Source of the DNA: a virus
Lineage: Duplodnaviria; Caudoviricetes
Strand: one strand, 5' to 3'
DNA: 51,939 bases
IMG/VR virus record: IMGVR_UViG_3300044998_001165
Coordinates: 1-51,939 of that record
Shown: piece by piece, positions 27,235-35,544 of the stretch
Layout of the letters: every line of letters starts with the position of its first letter
Position numbering within the stretch: position 1 is the stretch's first letter
Program-made: the position numbers and the translations under genes
Notes under the pieces: generated by a model
What the model was told of the DNA's origin: nothing
The model's database searches: none
Seen by the model: only the letters and a program-made list of their open reading frames with translations

Positions 27235-28935
27235 CTAAACGGTTCCTTTTATGGTAATGACATTTGATTTAACAGTCAACTCATTAATCCGAGCTAAGTA
27301 TTCGCCATTTCCAATCTTAAATTTTATACGCTTATCTAAGTCTATGGATTTGAGTAACTCGCAAGTCTTAACAACCGTCATGGTGAAATCCCAACCGACA
27401 AAAGGCGAATTCGGATTATTGGGTTCTTCGCCAAAATAGAAACGATCATACAGATTTTCGTCCTGAAAATAGAATTTATTGAGGCTTGGTGGGTTATTTC
27501 GGTCGCCATACCAATAATCGTAGTTGTAATGGAAGTCTTCACTGCCCGGATTGCGATTTCGGCGTAGGATTTTTGCGTTATCATGTGCAGAGTTGCCATC
27601 CCAAATGAGGAGTTTAGGATTCAAACAAACCCCCGAATTTAGGAGCAGGTTGTTATCGTCCCGCGATTCAATATTTAGGATGGTATCGCTGATGAAGGGT
27701 ATCTCCTGCCATCCCGAAAGCACATCCCGTTCGATCCCGTCGCGACGATAACGGGAAGGGGCGAATTTCAGTGCATACACTTTTTCACCCTCAAGGCGCG
27801 GATCAACGACGTTTCGATCAAAATCGATCTTTTCATTATATAAAAAAGAGGCTTCATTGCCTACGAAATCGCGGGGGTCTTTGGCATAATCGAATGTATA
27901 ATAACGAGGCAAACCATCCGTAAACGTAAAACAGGGCTTTTCGATGATGTTCTTATCCTCCAAACTACTCGCATCATACCAGATTGAATTATCCGAAATA
28001 TCCCGCGTCCGCTCGAATTTGACGACTCCGTTTTTGATGCGATAATCGGCATTAAACACAGGCTTTAAGTCATCCAAAAGGCGTGCTCCGTTGATGTTGG
28101 GATCGTTTTCTTCTCGGTAGGAATGATAATCAAAAGTACCTTCCTTGACCGGTGCAACAAAGTAAAGGGTATTGTAATAAGGCGAATTCGGGTTGTTAAA
28201 GATGGACGAATCGAACGTTAATCCACACTGATCGCAGGCGTTTTGCATCATTTCACGCACCAAGAACGCAGGATGCCCTTGCCCACAACCCACCACGTAG
28301 TTTTGAATGAGGTTTATCAGATTATTAACCTCATTATTCAGCGAAAAGGTAATCTCTAAACCATCCAGCCCCAAAAATGAGGTTATCGCATTAATGATAG
28401 CTATGATAGCCTCAATAACCAAAGCCAGCGGTTTCAATACCAAAACGACTGTAATAACCAACAGCATTCCAAATACCAAATACATATCGTGCATCGTATT
28501 GGAGCGCATCTCGTTGCAATAGCGAACGAACTTGTGTTGTCTGGAGCGAAAGCCGTTATAATCCGCCGTCGTCGAAACCCGCGCCAAACACCCCCAATCG
28601 GGGTCATTTTCCGTCAAACTACCTGTTACATAGCATTCTCCGGCACACCATTCCAAACTACCCAAGTCCAATTTGCCGGCAAAAAGCAGATGCCCATCGC
28701 AACAATCATCATAGATATTGACTAAGAGTATTTTCGTCTTTCCGTTTCGCAAATCATAGATAATCTCATCATAGATCAGATTATAAGCCTCACCATAAAA
28801 CTTTAATTCCGAGCCAAACCCCACCGCACGAAGTCCCGTTTCGTCGGAAATGCGATACGTAAACTCAGCCGATTGCAAGCCCTGAACGTCGGAGGCTTTG
28901 ATCGGTTGATTGTTGATGGTGATGCGGTAAGCCAT
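27235..28935 (-). CDS. Putative tail tip/hub protein with internal hydrophobic segment
   Basis: First long gene of the tail-tip operon; MMQNACDQCGLTFDSS and DDLKPVFNADYRIKNG resemble hub proteins; ends VITIKG. Confidence 0.55.
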   Translation of the reverse strand: MAYRITINNQPIKASDVQGLQSAEFTYRISDETGLRAVGFGSELKFYGEAYNLIYDEIIYDLRNGKTKILLVNIYDDCCDGHLLFAGKLDLGSLEWCAGECYVTGSLTENDPDWGCLARVSTTADYNGFRSRQHKFVRYCNEMRSNTMHDMYLVFGMLLVITVVLVLKPLALVIEAIIAIINAITSFLGLDGLEITFSLNNEVNNLINLIQNYVVGCGQGHPAFLVREMMQNACDQCGLTFDSSIFNNPNSPYYNTLYFVAPVKEGTFDYHSYREENDPNINGARLLDDLKPVFNADYRIKNGVVKFERTRDISDNSIWYDASSLEDKNIIEKPCFTFTDGLPRYYTFDYAKDPRDFVGNEASFLYNEKIDFDRNVVDPRLEGEKVYALKFAPSRYRRDGIERDVLSGWQEIPFISDTILNIESRDDNNLLLNSGVCLNPKLLIWDGNSAHDNAKILRRNRNPGSEDFHYNYDYWYGDRNNPPSLNKFYFQDENLYDRFYFGEEPNNPNSPFVGWDFTMTVVKTCELLKSIDLDKRIKFKIGNGEYLARINELTVKSNVITIKGTV

Positions 28936-28972
28936 ATGAATAGATATCGCAATTTAAGATTACCATTCACCG

Positions 28973-29155
28973 CTATTCGCTATCTGTCAACGCTTTATTT
29001 TCAACTTCCGTACCACACAATACCGTACTCCCCTCCACATTTTGGGCAATGGAGATGGTGTTTCCTACCAGTATAACAACCGTAATCCCTTGTTCTGTCG
29101 TAACGACTTCCTGTAAGGCTTGTGTTATAATCTTAGTGGCATTCTCTATATTCAT
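28973..29155 (-). CDS. Hypothetical protein
   Basis: 60-aa ORF downstream of a -7 box. Confidence 0.5.
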   Translation of the reverse strand: MNIENATKIITQALQEVVTTEQGITVVILVGNTISIAQNVEGSTVLCGTEVENKALTDSE

Positions 29156-29174
29156 GCGAATAAAATTAATTTTA

Positions 29175-29182
29175 CAAATATA
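29175..29182 (-). promoter_or_regulatory. Bacteroidota -7 box (TATATTTG) for the tail-tip operon
   Basis: Exact TAnnTTTG match. Confidence 0.55.
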
Positions 29183-29218
29183 ACATAGAGAACAATACCT
29201 TGCCTATACCCCTATTAA

Positions 29219-29250
29219 TAAAAAAATCCTTTAGCTGTTAACTAAAGGAT
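29219..29250 (-). terminator. Intrinsic terminator of the putative sRNA
   Basis: 9-bp perfect stem followed by a T run on the minus strand. Confidence 0.75.
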
Positions 29251-29291
29251 CGGCATAGATATAATCTTTCACTGCCTTGCGACAGCGCAAC
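29219..29291 (-). ncRNA. Putative antisense small RNA
   Basis: TACTTTTG box at 29295-29302, CTGTC-GCAA-GGCAG hairpin, AGTGAAAGATTAT antisense to two early leaders, terminator ATCCTTTAG/CTAAAGGAT plus T-tract. Confidence 0.65.
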
Positions 29292-29328
29292 GCACAAAAG
29301 TAACGATATTGCCATAAAATCCAAGCCT

Positions 29329-29429
29329 TAACATTTTTTATACACCTTAATATTGTGTAGTTCAAAATTTTGCCGTTACTTTGTACCATAATCTTTCACT
29401 CAAACAAACAGCAACAATGACAGCAACAA
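29329..29429 (+). promoter_or_regulatory. Early promoter/leader cassette copy 1
   Basis: Near-duplicate of 30485-30585; TACAC-N9-GTGTA palindrome, TTACTTTG near-consensus -7 box, shared leader and first codons. Confidence 0.8.
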
Positions 29430-29941
29430 TCAACCGCTCGCAAATCTTCAAAAACGCTTGGAACTTCGTTCGCACCTTAGCGTTGAGTATCTCTGAAGCC
29501 CTCAAGAGGGCATGGGCAGAGGCGAAAAACGGAATCGGCGCAATGGCAGTAATTGCGGAAGAGGTAAAAACGGTAACTTTTGAAGTTACGACGCGTTCGC
29601 TCGGTAAAGTTACGGCAATTGTCGAAGTTACGGAAAAAGGAATAAAAAACGGCGCACCGGTAGGAAAAATCATGAAGGACGGGAAAGAGGTGTGTGCTAT
29701 AAAATCAGTAGAACGCTTTACTTATTTTATCAAAGACCACTCCGCATCGTTGAAAGTAACGATCAACGGGGTTGATGGCAAAATTTTGATAAGCAAAGAG
29801 CAAGGCGATTCTTGCTTTTTTTCCCCGCGAGTTGACGCGGTAACTGAGCGAAAATGGAGCGAAAGCGAAGGATGCTACGTAGATATTACGACGGAATACA
29901 TAAACGGCAAAAAAATTGTAAGAAAATCTTTTGATTATTAA
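29417..29941 (+). CDS. Early hypothetical protein (start ATG 29417)
   Basis: IFKNAW...SEALKRAWAEAK N-terminal motif common in small phage proteins. Confidence 0.8.
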   Translation: MTATINRSQIFKNAWNFVRTLALSISEALKRAWAEAKNGIGAMAVIAEEVKTVTFEVTTRSLGKVTAIVEVTEKGIKNGAPVGKIMKDGKEVCAIKSVERFTYFIKDHSASLKVTINGVDGKILISKEQGDSCFFSPRVDAVTERKWSESEGCYVDITTEYINGKKIVRKSFDY

Positions 29942-29964
29942 TTCACCCTTAAACTCTTAAAGCA

Positions 29965-30285
29965 ATGACAGCAACACAGATGACCACGAGCCATATTGCA
30001 CGCATAACCGAAATGACTCAAAAAATCGAGGCTATCGGGGAACTTAGAGCATCTAAATTTCATGCCCTTGCAAATACTGACAAAATCAGGGCAAGGGGTA
30101 TGATGGAGTTGGAAAAAGATTTAGCGCAAGACTTTGATGTGTTTGTAACGAAAACTATCAAGGATGCAGAGGAGGCTTTATCATTCATTTTGCCCCTCTG
30201 CCAAGCCGACCCAATATGGGAAGAATTTAGCTCTGGGGAGTGGCTTGACTGGATTAATTCTCACCATGATTATAAAAAACAATGA
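29965..30285 (+). CDS. Early hypothetical protein
   Basis: 106-aa ORF starting MTAT like its neighbours. Confidence 0.75.
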   Translation: MTATQMTTSHIARITEMTQKIEAIGELRASKFHALANTDKIRARGMMELEKDLAQDFDVFVTKTIKDAEEALSFILPLCQADPIWEEFSSGEWLDWINSHHDYKKQ

Positions 30286-30506
30286 AGCACCCCGCAACCA
30301 AAGAAACGATAACCCGCCTCCTAAAAGAAGCGGGTTATGTTAATGAAAACAGACGAATTCAACGCGCCCGCTTCTGTAATGATACCGGAACGAATCCTTG
30401 TACATTTGATAAGTGGATCAACGGACAAGTCGCTATATCATTAACTACGCTCGAATCCTTAGCCCAAAAACTATCCATAAACATTAACATTTTTTACACA
30501 CCTTAA
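30282..30506 (+). CDS. XRE-like HTH protein, paralog 1
   Basis: FCNDTGTNPCTFDKWINGQVAISLTTL; similar to 31800-32018. Confidence 0.75.
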   Translation: MKHPATKETITRLLKEAGYVNENRRIQRARFCNDTGTNPCTFDKWINGQVAISLTTLESLAQKLSININIFYTP

Positions 30507-30585
30507 TATTGTGTATTCCAAACCAGTCTGCTATCTTTGTAGCATAATCTTTCACTCAAACAAACAGCAACAATGACAGCAACAA
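30485..30585 (+). promoter_or_regulatory. Early promoter/leader cassette copy 2
   Basis: TACACA-N9-TGTGTA palindrome (30495-30515), TATCTTTG -7 box (30532-30539), leader identical to copy 1. Confidence 0.8.
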
Positions 30586-30932
30586 CATTATCCCGCGTTA
30601 TTTTTGGCAATTTCGCCTTAAATTACAGCGACCGCAAGGATACGCCTTACTTTTATGTCAGCAAGGCTGACGGAACTTTGGTAGGCGATTGTCAATATTC
30701 GATAGAGATTCACAATCTCTACGAGATTCAACGCTGGGCTATTTTGGATAGCTTAAAAGATGTTGAAGAAATTACTGATCCCGAAATCGCGCTTGATTAT
30801 TTGAGAAATACACTAAGCCTACCTGATTTCGATAGCTACATTCCAGAGGCTTTCAATCAATTAAGCGAAGACGATAAGCAGTATTGCTACCTAATTTGCT
30901 TTGAATTTGCACTCAATAAACTCTATGCTTAA
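30573..30932 (+). CDS. Early acidic hypothetical protein
   Basis: ORF directly after cassette 2. Confidence 0.75.
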   Translation: MTATTLSRVIFGNFALNYSDRKDTPYFYVSKADGTLVGDCQYSIEIHNLYEIQRWAILDSLKDVEEITDPEIALDYLRNTLSLPDFDSYIPEAFNQLSEDDKQYCYLICFEFALNKLYA

Positions 30933-31233
30933 TTCACCGATCATCTGCCTCCGTTTCATCGCAGTTTTTTGCGATGAAACGGGCTTAAATTTTGGGGCTA
31001 AAGATTTAGAATTTAACCCCGATACCAAAGAAATTACCGGATGGTTAACGGTTGGTAAAGGAGACTTTTCGACTTTTTGTAGTCTGCTAACGACCGAATG
31101 CCACGCTTTAGGACTTTTGTCGGAAATGCTCCGAATCGAAATAAAAGGTTTATCCTTAGCAGAAACGGACTTGTTATTTAGTGAATTAGAGCAGAAAGCA
31201 ATCGAAAATAATATCGTGTGCTTTGCCGAATAA
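30925..31233 (+). CDS. Early hypothetical protein (start ATG 30925)
   Basis: ORF overlapping the upstream stop by 8 nt. Confidence 0.65.
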   Translation: MLNSPIICLRFIAVFCDETGLNFGAKDLEFNPDTKEITGWLTVGKGDFSTFCSLLTTECHALGLLSEMLRIEIKGLSLAETDLLFSELEQKAIENNIVCFAE

Positions 31234-31302
31234 GAGCCCTTTCGTTAAGACACCTAACCCGCTCCGGCGGGGACTTATTCAAACCATTAAACTTATAAAG
31301 CA

Positions 31303-31800
31303 ATGAATATAGTTAACTGTACGCCGCACCCCATTACCCTTTTGGGTGTGGACGGTGAAATGGTAGCCGAAATTCAACCATCGGGCATTGTCCCACGCGC
31401 AACCAAAACCACAGAAACGGTTGCACATGTTGAAATAAACGGGAATCAAATCCCCGTTATCGTTCCAAAATTTGGGGGGGTATCCAACCTTCCCGAGCCA
31501 GAAGAAGGAACTATGTTTATAGTGTCGCTTATCGTACAGCAAGCCTGCCCCGAGCGTACCGATCTTCTCATCGTCGAGGATGTAGTGCGGGACGGCAGTG
31601 TAATCGTAGGCTGTAAAGCCTTTGGCGCGCCCACACCTTCTGAAGAAGCGAAGGTTCTTGCTGAGAACTTGCGCATGATGTACGACGGATGGGCGTACGT
31701 AGCTTGGTGCGGAGGTGATAATCCACATAATACCCCGCACAGTGTTTCGCAAGTGGTGCAAGAGTTGATGATTAAACATACAGGCAAAACATTATATTAA
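31303..31800 (+). CDS. Conserved viral protein of unknown function (N.TPH family)
   Basis: NCTPHPITL...PSGIVPR...LPEPEEGTMFIVS...RTDLL...VRDG..VGC pattern recurrent in phage proteins. Confidence 0.8.
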   Translation: MNIVNCTPHPITLLGVDGEMVAEIQPSGIVPRATKTTETVAHVEINGNQIPVIVPKFGGVSNLPEPEEGTMFIVSLIVQQACPERTDLLIVEDVVRDGSVIVGCKAFGAPTPSEEAKVLAENLRMMYDGWAYVAWCGGDNPHNTPHSVSQVVQELMIKHTGKTLY

Positions 31801-32018
31801 TGAAGCACCCCGACACGCAACTCATTACAACTCGCCTTATGATCGAGGCGGGTTTCCGTAATAAAAACTGGACATATGACCAAAAGGTGTTCTGTGAAGC
31901 AACGGGGCTTAAACCCCGAACACTTGCAGGCTACTTGGATGGTAAATCATCTATCAGCGTGCAGAAAGTACGCAAGTTATTAGAAACCCTAAACCTCAAA
32001 ACGTTTGATATTGTATGA
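31800..32018 (+). CDS. XRE-like HTH protein, paralog 2
   Basis: MKHP start; FCEATGLKPRTLAGYLDGKSSISV. Confidence 0.75.
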   Translation: MKHPDTQLITTRLMIEAGFRNKNWTYDQKVFCEATGLKPRTLAGYLDGKSSISVQKVRKLLETLNLKTFDIV

Positions 32019-32197
32019 CGTACCACACCCCCATCCAACTCGGATTAACACCTAAACATTTCGACACGCCTGCGGATTGCCTGCGGGCGTGCGAACTTAT
32101 AAGGCAATATATGCAACGCAAGGTCATCCGTGTACCGATTGGCAAGCGTGCGATTCAGGCTTTAGAGATTAAGGCGCATCGGTTAACCATTACCTAA
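32015..32197 (+). CDS. Small basic hypothetical protein
   Basis: ATGA overlap; ends at the terminator. Confidence 0.6.
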   Translation: MTYHTPIQLGLTPKHFDTPADCLRACELIRQYMQRKVIRVPIGKRAIQALEIKAHRLTIT

Positions 32198-32220
32198 CCC
32201 GCTTCGGCGGGTTTTCTTTT
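32196..32220 (+). terminator. Intrinsic terminator ending the early island
   Basis: AACCCGC-TTCG-GCGGGTT plus T-tract. Confidence 0.85.
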
Positions 32221-32329
32221 ACCTGCTACATAACAAAGCGATCGAAAATGACTATCCCAATAAGGATAATTCCACGAACAATATCGCATTTCAATTAAGT
32301 CTATGAAAGTAAAAGCCTGCATAAATATA

Positions 32330-33469
32330 TTACCCCTCAATACTCTCACTAATCACGATCGGCATCAGTAACATCAGCAACTCCTCATTGCTTTGATTGT
32401 ATTCCGGCAAGACCACGGCTGCGCGGGAAGGGGTATCCAATTCCAAGGTTACCTCTTCGGAATCAATGTTGTTCAGCACCTCCGTCATCAGTGAAATATT
32501 GAACCCGATTTCAATTGCCTGCCCTTCATAGATACAAGAGATTCTTTCACGACCTTTGTTACCATCCAAATTATCAGAAGAGACCAACACTTCCGATTTA
32601 TGAAACGCAAATTTTGCCAAGCGATCTCCCGCATTAGCATAGTTTTTCAAGCGTTTTATGGTGGATAGCAAAAATCCTTTTCCAATCATTGCTTGGTTCG
32701 GACTGGATTTCGGGATGACGCTTTCATAATCCGGGAAAGTAGCGTCAATCAGTCGGCACACTAATAGTGTACTGTCAATATAAAAGAAGGCATTCCGGTC
32801 GGTGTATTGTAAAATGATGTCTTCATTTGCGTTGGTGCAGGCGTTTTTGACCAACTTCAAAGCCTTGGCTGGCAAAATAAAATTGGCGGGTTCATTCGCC
32901 TTAATATCCGTGCGCCGACATCGCACTAAGCGGTGCGCATCTGTAGCAACAAAGTCCGCATACTCCATTCCGAATTGAAAATATACCCCGGTTAAGGCGA
33001 GCTTCATTTCATCAGTTGAAACCGCAAAAATCGTTCGATCAATAATAGCATTCATTACATCGGGATTGATGGTAATGGAATGCGTCTCATCCGCTTTGGT
33101 GAACCGCGGGAAGTCCGCTCCATCCCTGCCGGTAATGTCATACTCCCCGTTATTGGTGATGATTTTGACAATCGGCGAAATGCTGTCCGGTAATAATTGA
33201 AATGTTAGCTCCTGCTCCGGTAATGCCTTAAGGGTATCAAGAATGATTTTGCCGGGCAAGGCTATGTTAAATATGGATTTCGGATCACATTCCACCGATA
33301 GCACGGTTTGCATCATGATCTCCATATCGGTAGCTGTCAGGAATAATTGTCCTTCCTGTACCTCAAAAAGAATATTGGCAACGATCGGCAAGACGGGCTT
33401 GGAAGGCACTGTTCCCAAAATTATGCCGAGGCGTTTTTGTAATTCGGATGACGAAACAGTGAATTTCAT
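32330..33469 (-). CDS. dnaN: DNA polymerase III beta subunit (sliding clamp)
   Basis: MKFTVSS...PVLPIVANILF...TATDME, ATDAHRL, CRLIDATFPDYESVIP, IGFN, LLMPI; full three-domain length. Confidence 0.95.
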   Translation of the reverse strand: MKFTVSSSELQKRLGIILGTVPSKPVLPIVANILFEVQEGQLFLTATDMEIMMQTVLSVECDPKSIFNIALPGKIILDTLKALPEQELTFQLLPDSISPIVKIITNNGEYDITGRDGADFPRFTKADETHSITINPDVMNAIIDRTIFAVSTDEMKLALTGVYFQFGMEYADFVATDAHRLVRCRRTDIKANEPANFILPAKALKLVKNACTNANEDIILQYTDRNAFFYIDSTLLVCRLIDATFPDYESVIPKSSPNQAMIGKGFLLSTIKRLKNYANAGDRLAKFAFHKSEVLVSSDNLDGNKGRERISCIYEGQAIEIGFNISLMTEVLNNIDSEEVTLELDTPSRAAVVLPEYNQSNEELLMLLMPIVISESIEG

Positions 33470-34002
33470 GTGTTGGAAGTATTTAAGTACCAATCAATTA
33501 GGGTTCTAAAATCATCATACTTGCGTATGACTTTAACAAGGTAGTTTTGAGCAGTGAGCAAGGCGTGTACCTTACGCTGTTCCGCATCAGGATAATTGCC
33601 GGGCATCTTAAACTCAACAAATAATCCTCCGTAGCTATGGGAAGCCACATTGACAGCGAGGTCGGGATACCCATCTGTGTACCCCGATTCTTTCGCTTTA
33701 TAATTTCCGTATCGAGAACTTTGGTTTCTAGTATGACAAATGACTACATCTGGATAAGTGTTGCGAAGCCATTTGACGCACTGGGTATGCAAAGCGTGTT
33801 CATCTGACATTGACTTTTGTGCCGCTAAGTCGTGATCTACGTTCGTATAAAGTTCTCTTTGTTCTGACGTAATAACAACAGGGGAATCCGATATAGGCAT
33901 ATCAAACAGGGCATGAAACTCCTTTTTAGTCAGGCGTTTCGTTGATGAGGATTTCTTTTTACCCCCCGAATATGCGTGAATGTAGCCCTTTCTTTTAGCC
34001 AT
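33466..34002 (-). CDS. VRR-NUC domain nuclease
   Basis: EHALHTQCVKWL...GYPDL...GLFVEFK...EQRKVHALL PD-(D/E)XK pattern. Confidence 0.85.
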   Translation of the reverse strand: MAKRKGYIHAYSGGKKKSSSTKRLTKKEFHALFDMPISDSPVVITSEQRELYTNVDHDLAAQKSMSDEHALHTQCVKWLRNTYPDVVICHTRNQSSRYGNYKAKESGYTDGYPDLAVNVASHSYGGLFVEFKMPGNYPDAEQRKVHALLTAQNYLVKVIRKYDDFRTLIDWYLNTSNT

Positions 34003-34259
34003 TAAGCAACTTCATTATAGGTCTCGATAAAAATATCGGGCTTACAGGGATAGAATTCCCCTTTAAGTCCTTTGATTACGTAGTCCCCTTTAGAGACTGT
34101 CATTTCGCCCTCAAGGGTTCGGATCGTTAACCGCCCATTCACGTTAATAAATGCCTGCCCTTTGCAGAAATCGAGGATTTCATCCGTATTCCTGCCTTCG
34201 CCGGTGTATTCTATCGCCTCGATGACGATTGGATTTTTGATATACTTTTTTACTGACAT
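34002..34259 (-). CDS. Conserved small phage protein (TLEG...GDY...GEFYPCKPDIF family)
   Basis: KNPIVIEAI, IRTLEGEM, GDYVIKGLKGEFYPCKPDIFIETY. Confidence 0.85.
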   Translation of the reverse strand: MSVKKYIKNPIVIEAIEYTGEGRNTDEILDFCKGQAFINVNGRLTIRTLEGEMTVSKGDYVIKGLKGEFYPCKPDIFIETYNEVA

Positions 34260-34261
34260 AG

Positions 34262-34366
34262 TTATTTATTACTGATTAATTCGCGTAAACAATAGATGAG
34301 CAAGAACAAGGTGAAAGAGCCGAAGGGCAGGGTGATTAGGAGTAAGAGTAGTTCTTTAGGAAACAT
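34262..34366 (-). CDS. 34-aa single-TM peptide (not in ORF track)
   Basis: MFPKELLLLLITLPFGSFTLFLLIYCLRELISNK; TAATG coupling to the upstream gene and fills the gap exactly. Confidence 0.6.
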   Translation of the reverse strand: MFPKELLLLLITLPFGSFTLFLLIYCLRELISNK

Positions 34367-34773
34367 TATTTGACCAACTTAAGTTTGCCGTTCTCGAATC
34401 TTTCCTTTGAACGTTGCTCAACACACGAACGCGCGGCGTATAAATGAGAAAGAGCCAAATTGTTTGACGGATCGGGGAATTGACCATTCAGTTTAGCAAT
34501 CCGGTCAATGAGTACATCAAGAACTTGTATATCAATCACACCACTAACCATTTCTTTATCGTCAATACGATGAAAAAACGTAAGTTCCTGTAAAGACTCA
34601 CTTTCCACCCAATGACCGTCTTCATCACGTCCGTTAAGATTTGAAATGACATACCGATGTGCGCCACCATATTCATCAGTGGCAACCTGTACGGTATTTT
34701 GCAGGAATCCATTTACCACCGGAGCAGTATAATTACGGGACTCGACCGCTAAATTGTTTTTAATCAATTTCAT
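34366..34773 (-). CDS. Tad1-like anti-defence (cyclic nucleotide/gcADPR sponge) protein
   Basis: GGAHRY...F...GV...QVLDVLIDRI..LN..FP...N..AL..L..A......R..ER..NG follows the Tad1 pattern as recalled; several positions diverged. Confidence 0.6.
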   Translation of the reverse strand: MKLIKNNLAVESRNYTAPVVNGFLQNTVQVATDEYGGAHRYVISNLNGRDEDGHWVESESLQELTFFHRIDDKEMVSGVIDIQVLDVLIDRIAKLNGQFPDPSNNLALSHLYAARSCVEQRSKERFENGKLKLVK

Positions 34774-34785
34774 ATATTTAGGTAA

Positions 34786-35052
34786 TTATTTGAAAGTATT
34801 AACTATTTTCCACTTCTTCTTAAATTCAGCCAAAGGAACTACCGATAGATTTCGATGTTCGTCTATCAAGATATAATCTCCATAATGCGCCCCTTGCTCA
34901 CCTTTATTAGTTTGAACCATCAATGTATAATCTCCTGCTAAATGAAGTGGAACTCGAGCCTTGCCTTGACAAAACTCTAAAACTTGGTTTAGGTTTTCAT
35001 AGCGAAATTCAAGGCACATATGTGTAAATGTTTTCCTCCTACTTGCCATCAA
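34786..35052 (-). CDS. Divergent paralog of 34002-34259
   Basis: Shared EFCQGKA/DFCKGQA, L.V.T..GE....GDYI/V, F...W/Y pattern. Confidence 0.7.
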   Translation of the reverse strand: MMASRRKTFTHMCLEFRYENLNQVLEFCQGKARVPLHLAGDYTLMVQTNKGEQGAHYGDYILIDEHRNLSVVPLAEFKKKWKIVNTFK

Positions 35053-35532
35053 TTATCTCCTCATTACAATAAAAAATATGACCAACACCAACAAAAAACC
35101 AAGTATCCCTATCGTAACCCAAGCCCAAATCGGAACGCGAACAGCCTCCTTGATAATCAGTTTTGGCGGGCGTAATTCAGTGCTGAAGATGGTCGCAATA
35201 CCTTTGGGAACATAAACCGTTTTTGTTTCGGAGGGGCAAATCGCCTCCACCCGAAAAGTTGAATCGGTTAGTGGATGGATATAGATATTCTTATTCGCAA
35301 TCAATTTGGGTCTGTAATACGCCTTATTGGTCAACGTGTCAACCACTTTTTGAATAATCAGCGAATCAAATAAGCTACGCTCTTTGATCAATACTTCTAA
35401 CGTAGTGTCGCGGTATTCGATCCGCTTGGTCGTATCAGCTTGCCACAAACCCTCATAGAGATCATTACACCTTTCGAGGGAAGGGCGACAGGATGCTATA
35501 ACCAATACTGAAAGTATAATTAGGTATTTCAT
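35053..35532 (-). CDS. Putative unimolecular spanin
   Basis: N-terminal lipobox (LVIAS-C15) plus C-terminal TM helix ending in RR, the T1 gp11 topology. Confidence 0.7.
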   Translation of the reverse strand: MKYLIILSVLVIASCRPSLERCNDLYEGLWQADTTKRIEYRDTTLEVLIKERSLFDSLIIQKVVDTLTNKAYYRPKLIANKNIYIHPLTDSTFRVEAICPSETKTVYVPKGIATIFSTELRPPKLIIKEAVRVPIWAWVTIGILGFLLVLVIFFIVMRR

Positions 35533-35544
35533 ATTGATTGTTGT

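Noticed and set aside
18364-28935. Diversity-generating retroelement or invertible tail-fibre shufflon
   Set aside because: No reverse transcriptase, recombinase or template/variable repeat pair seen
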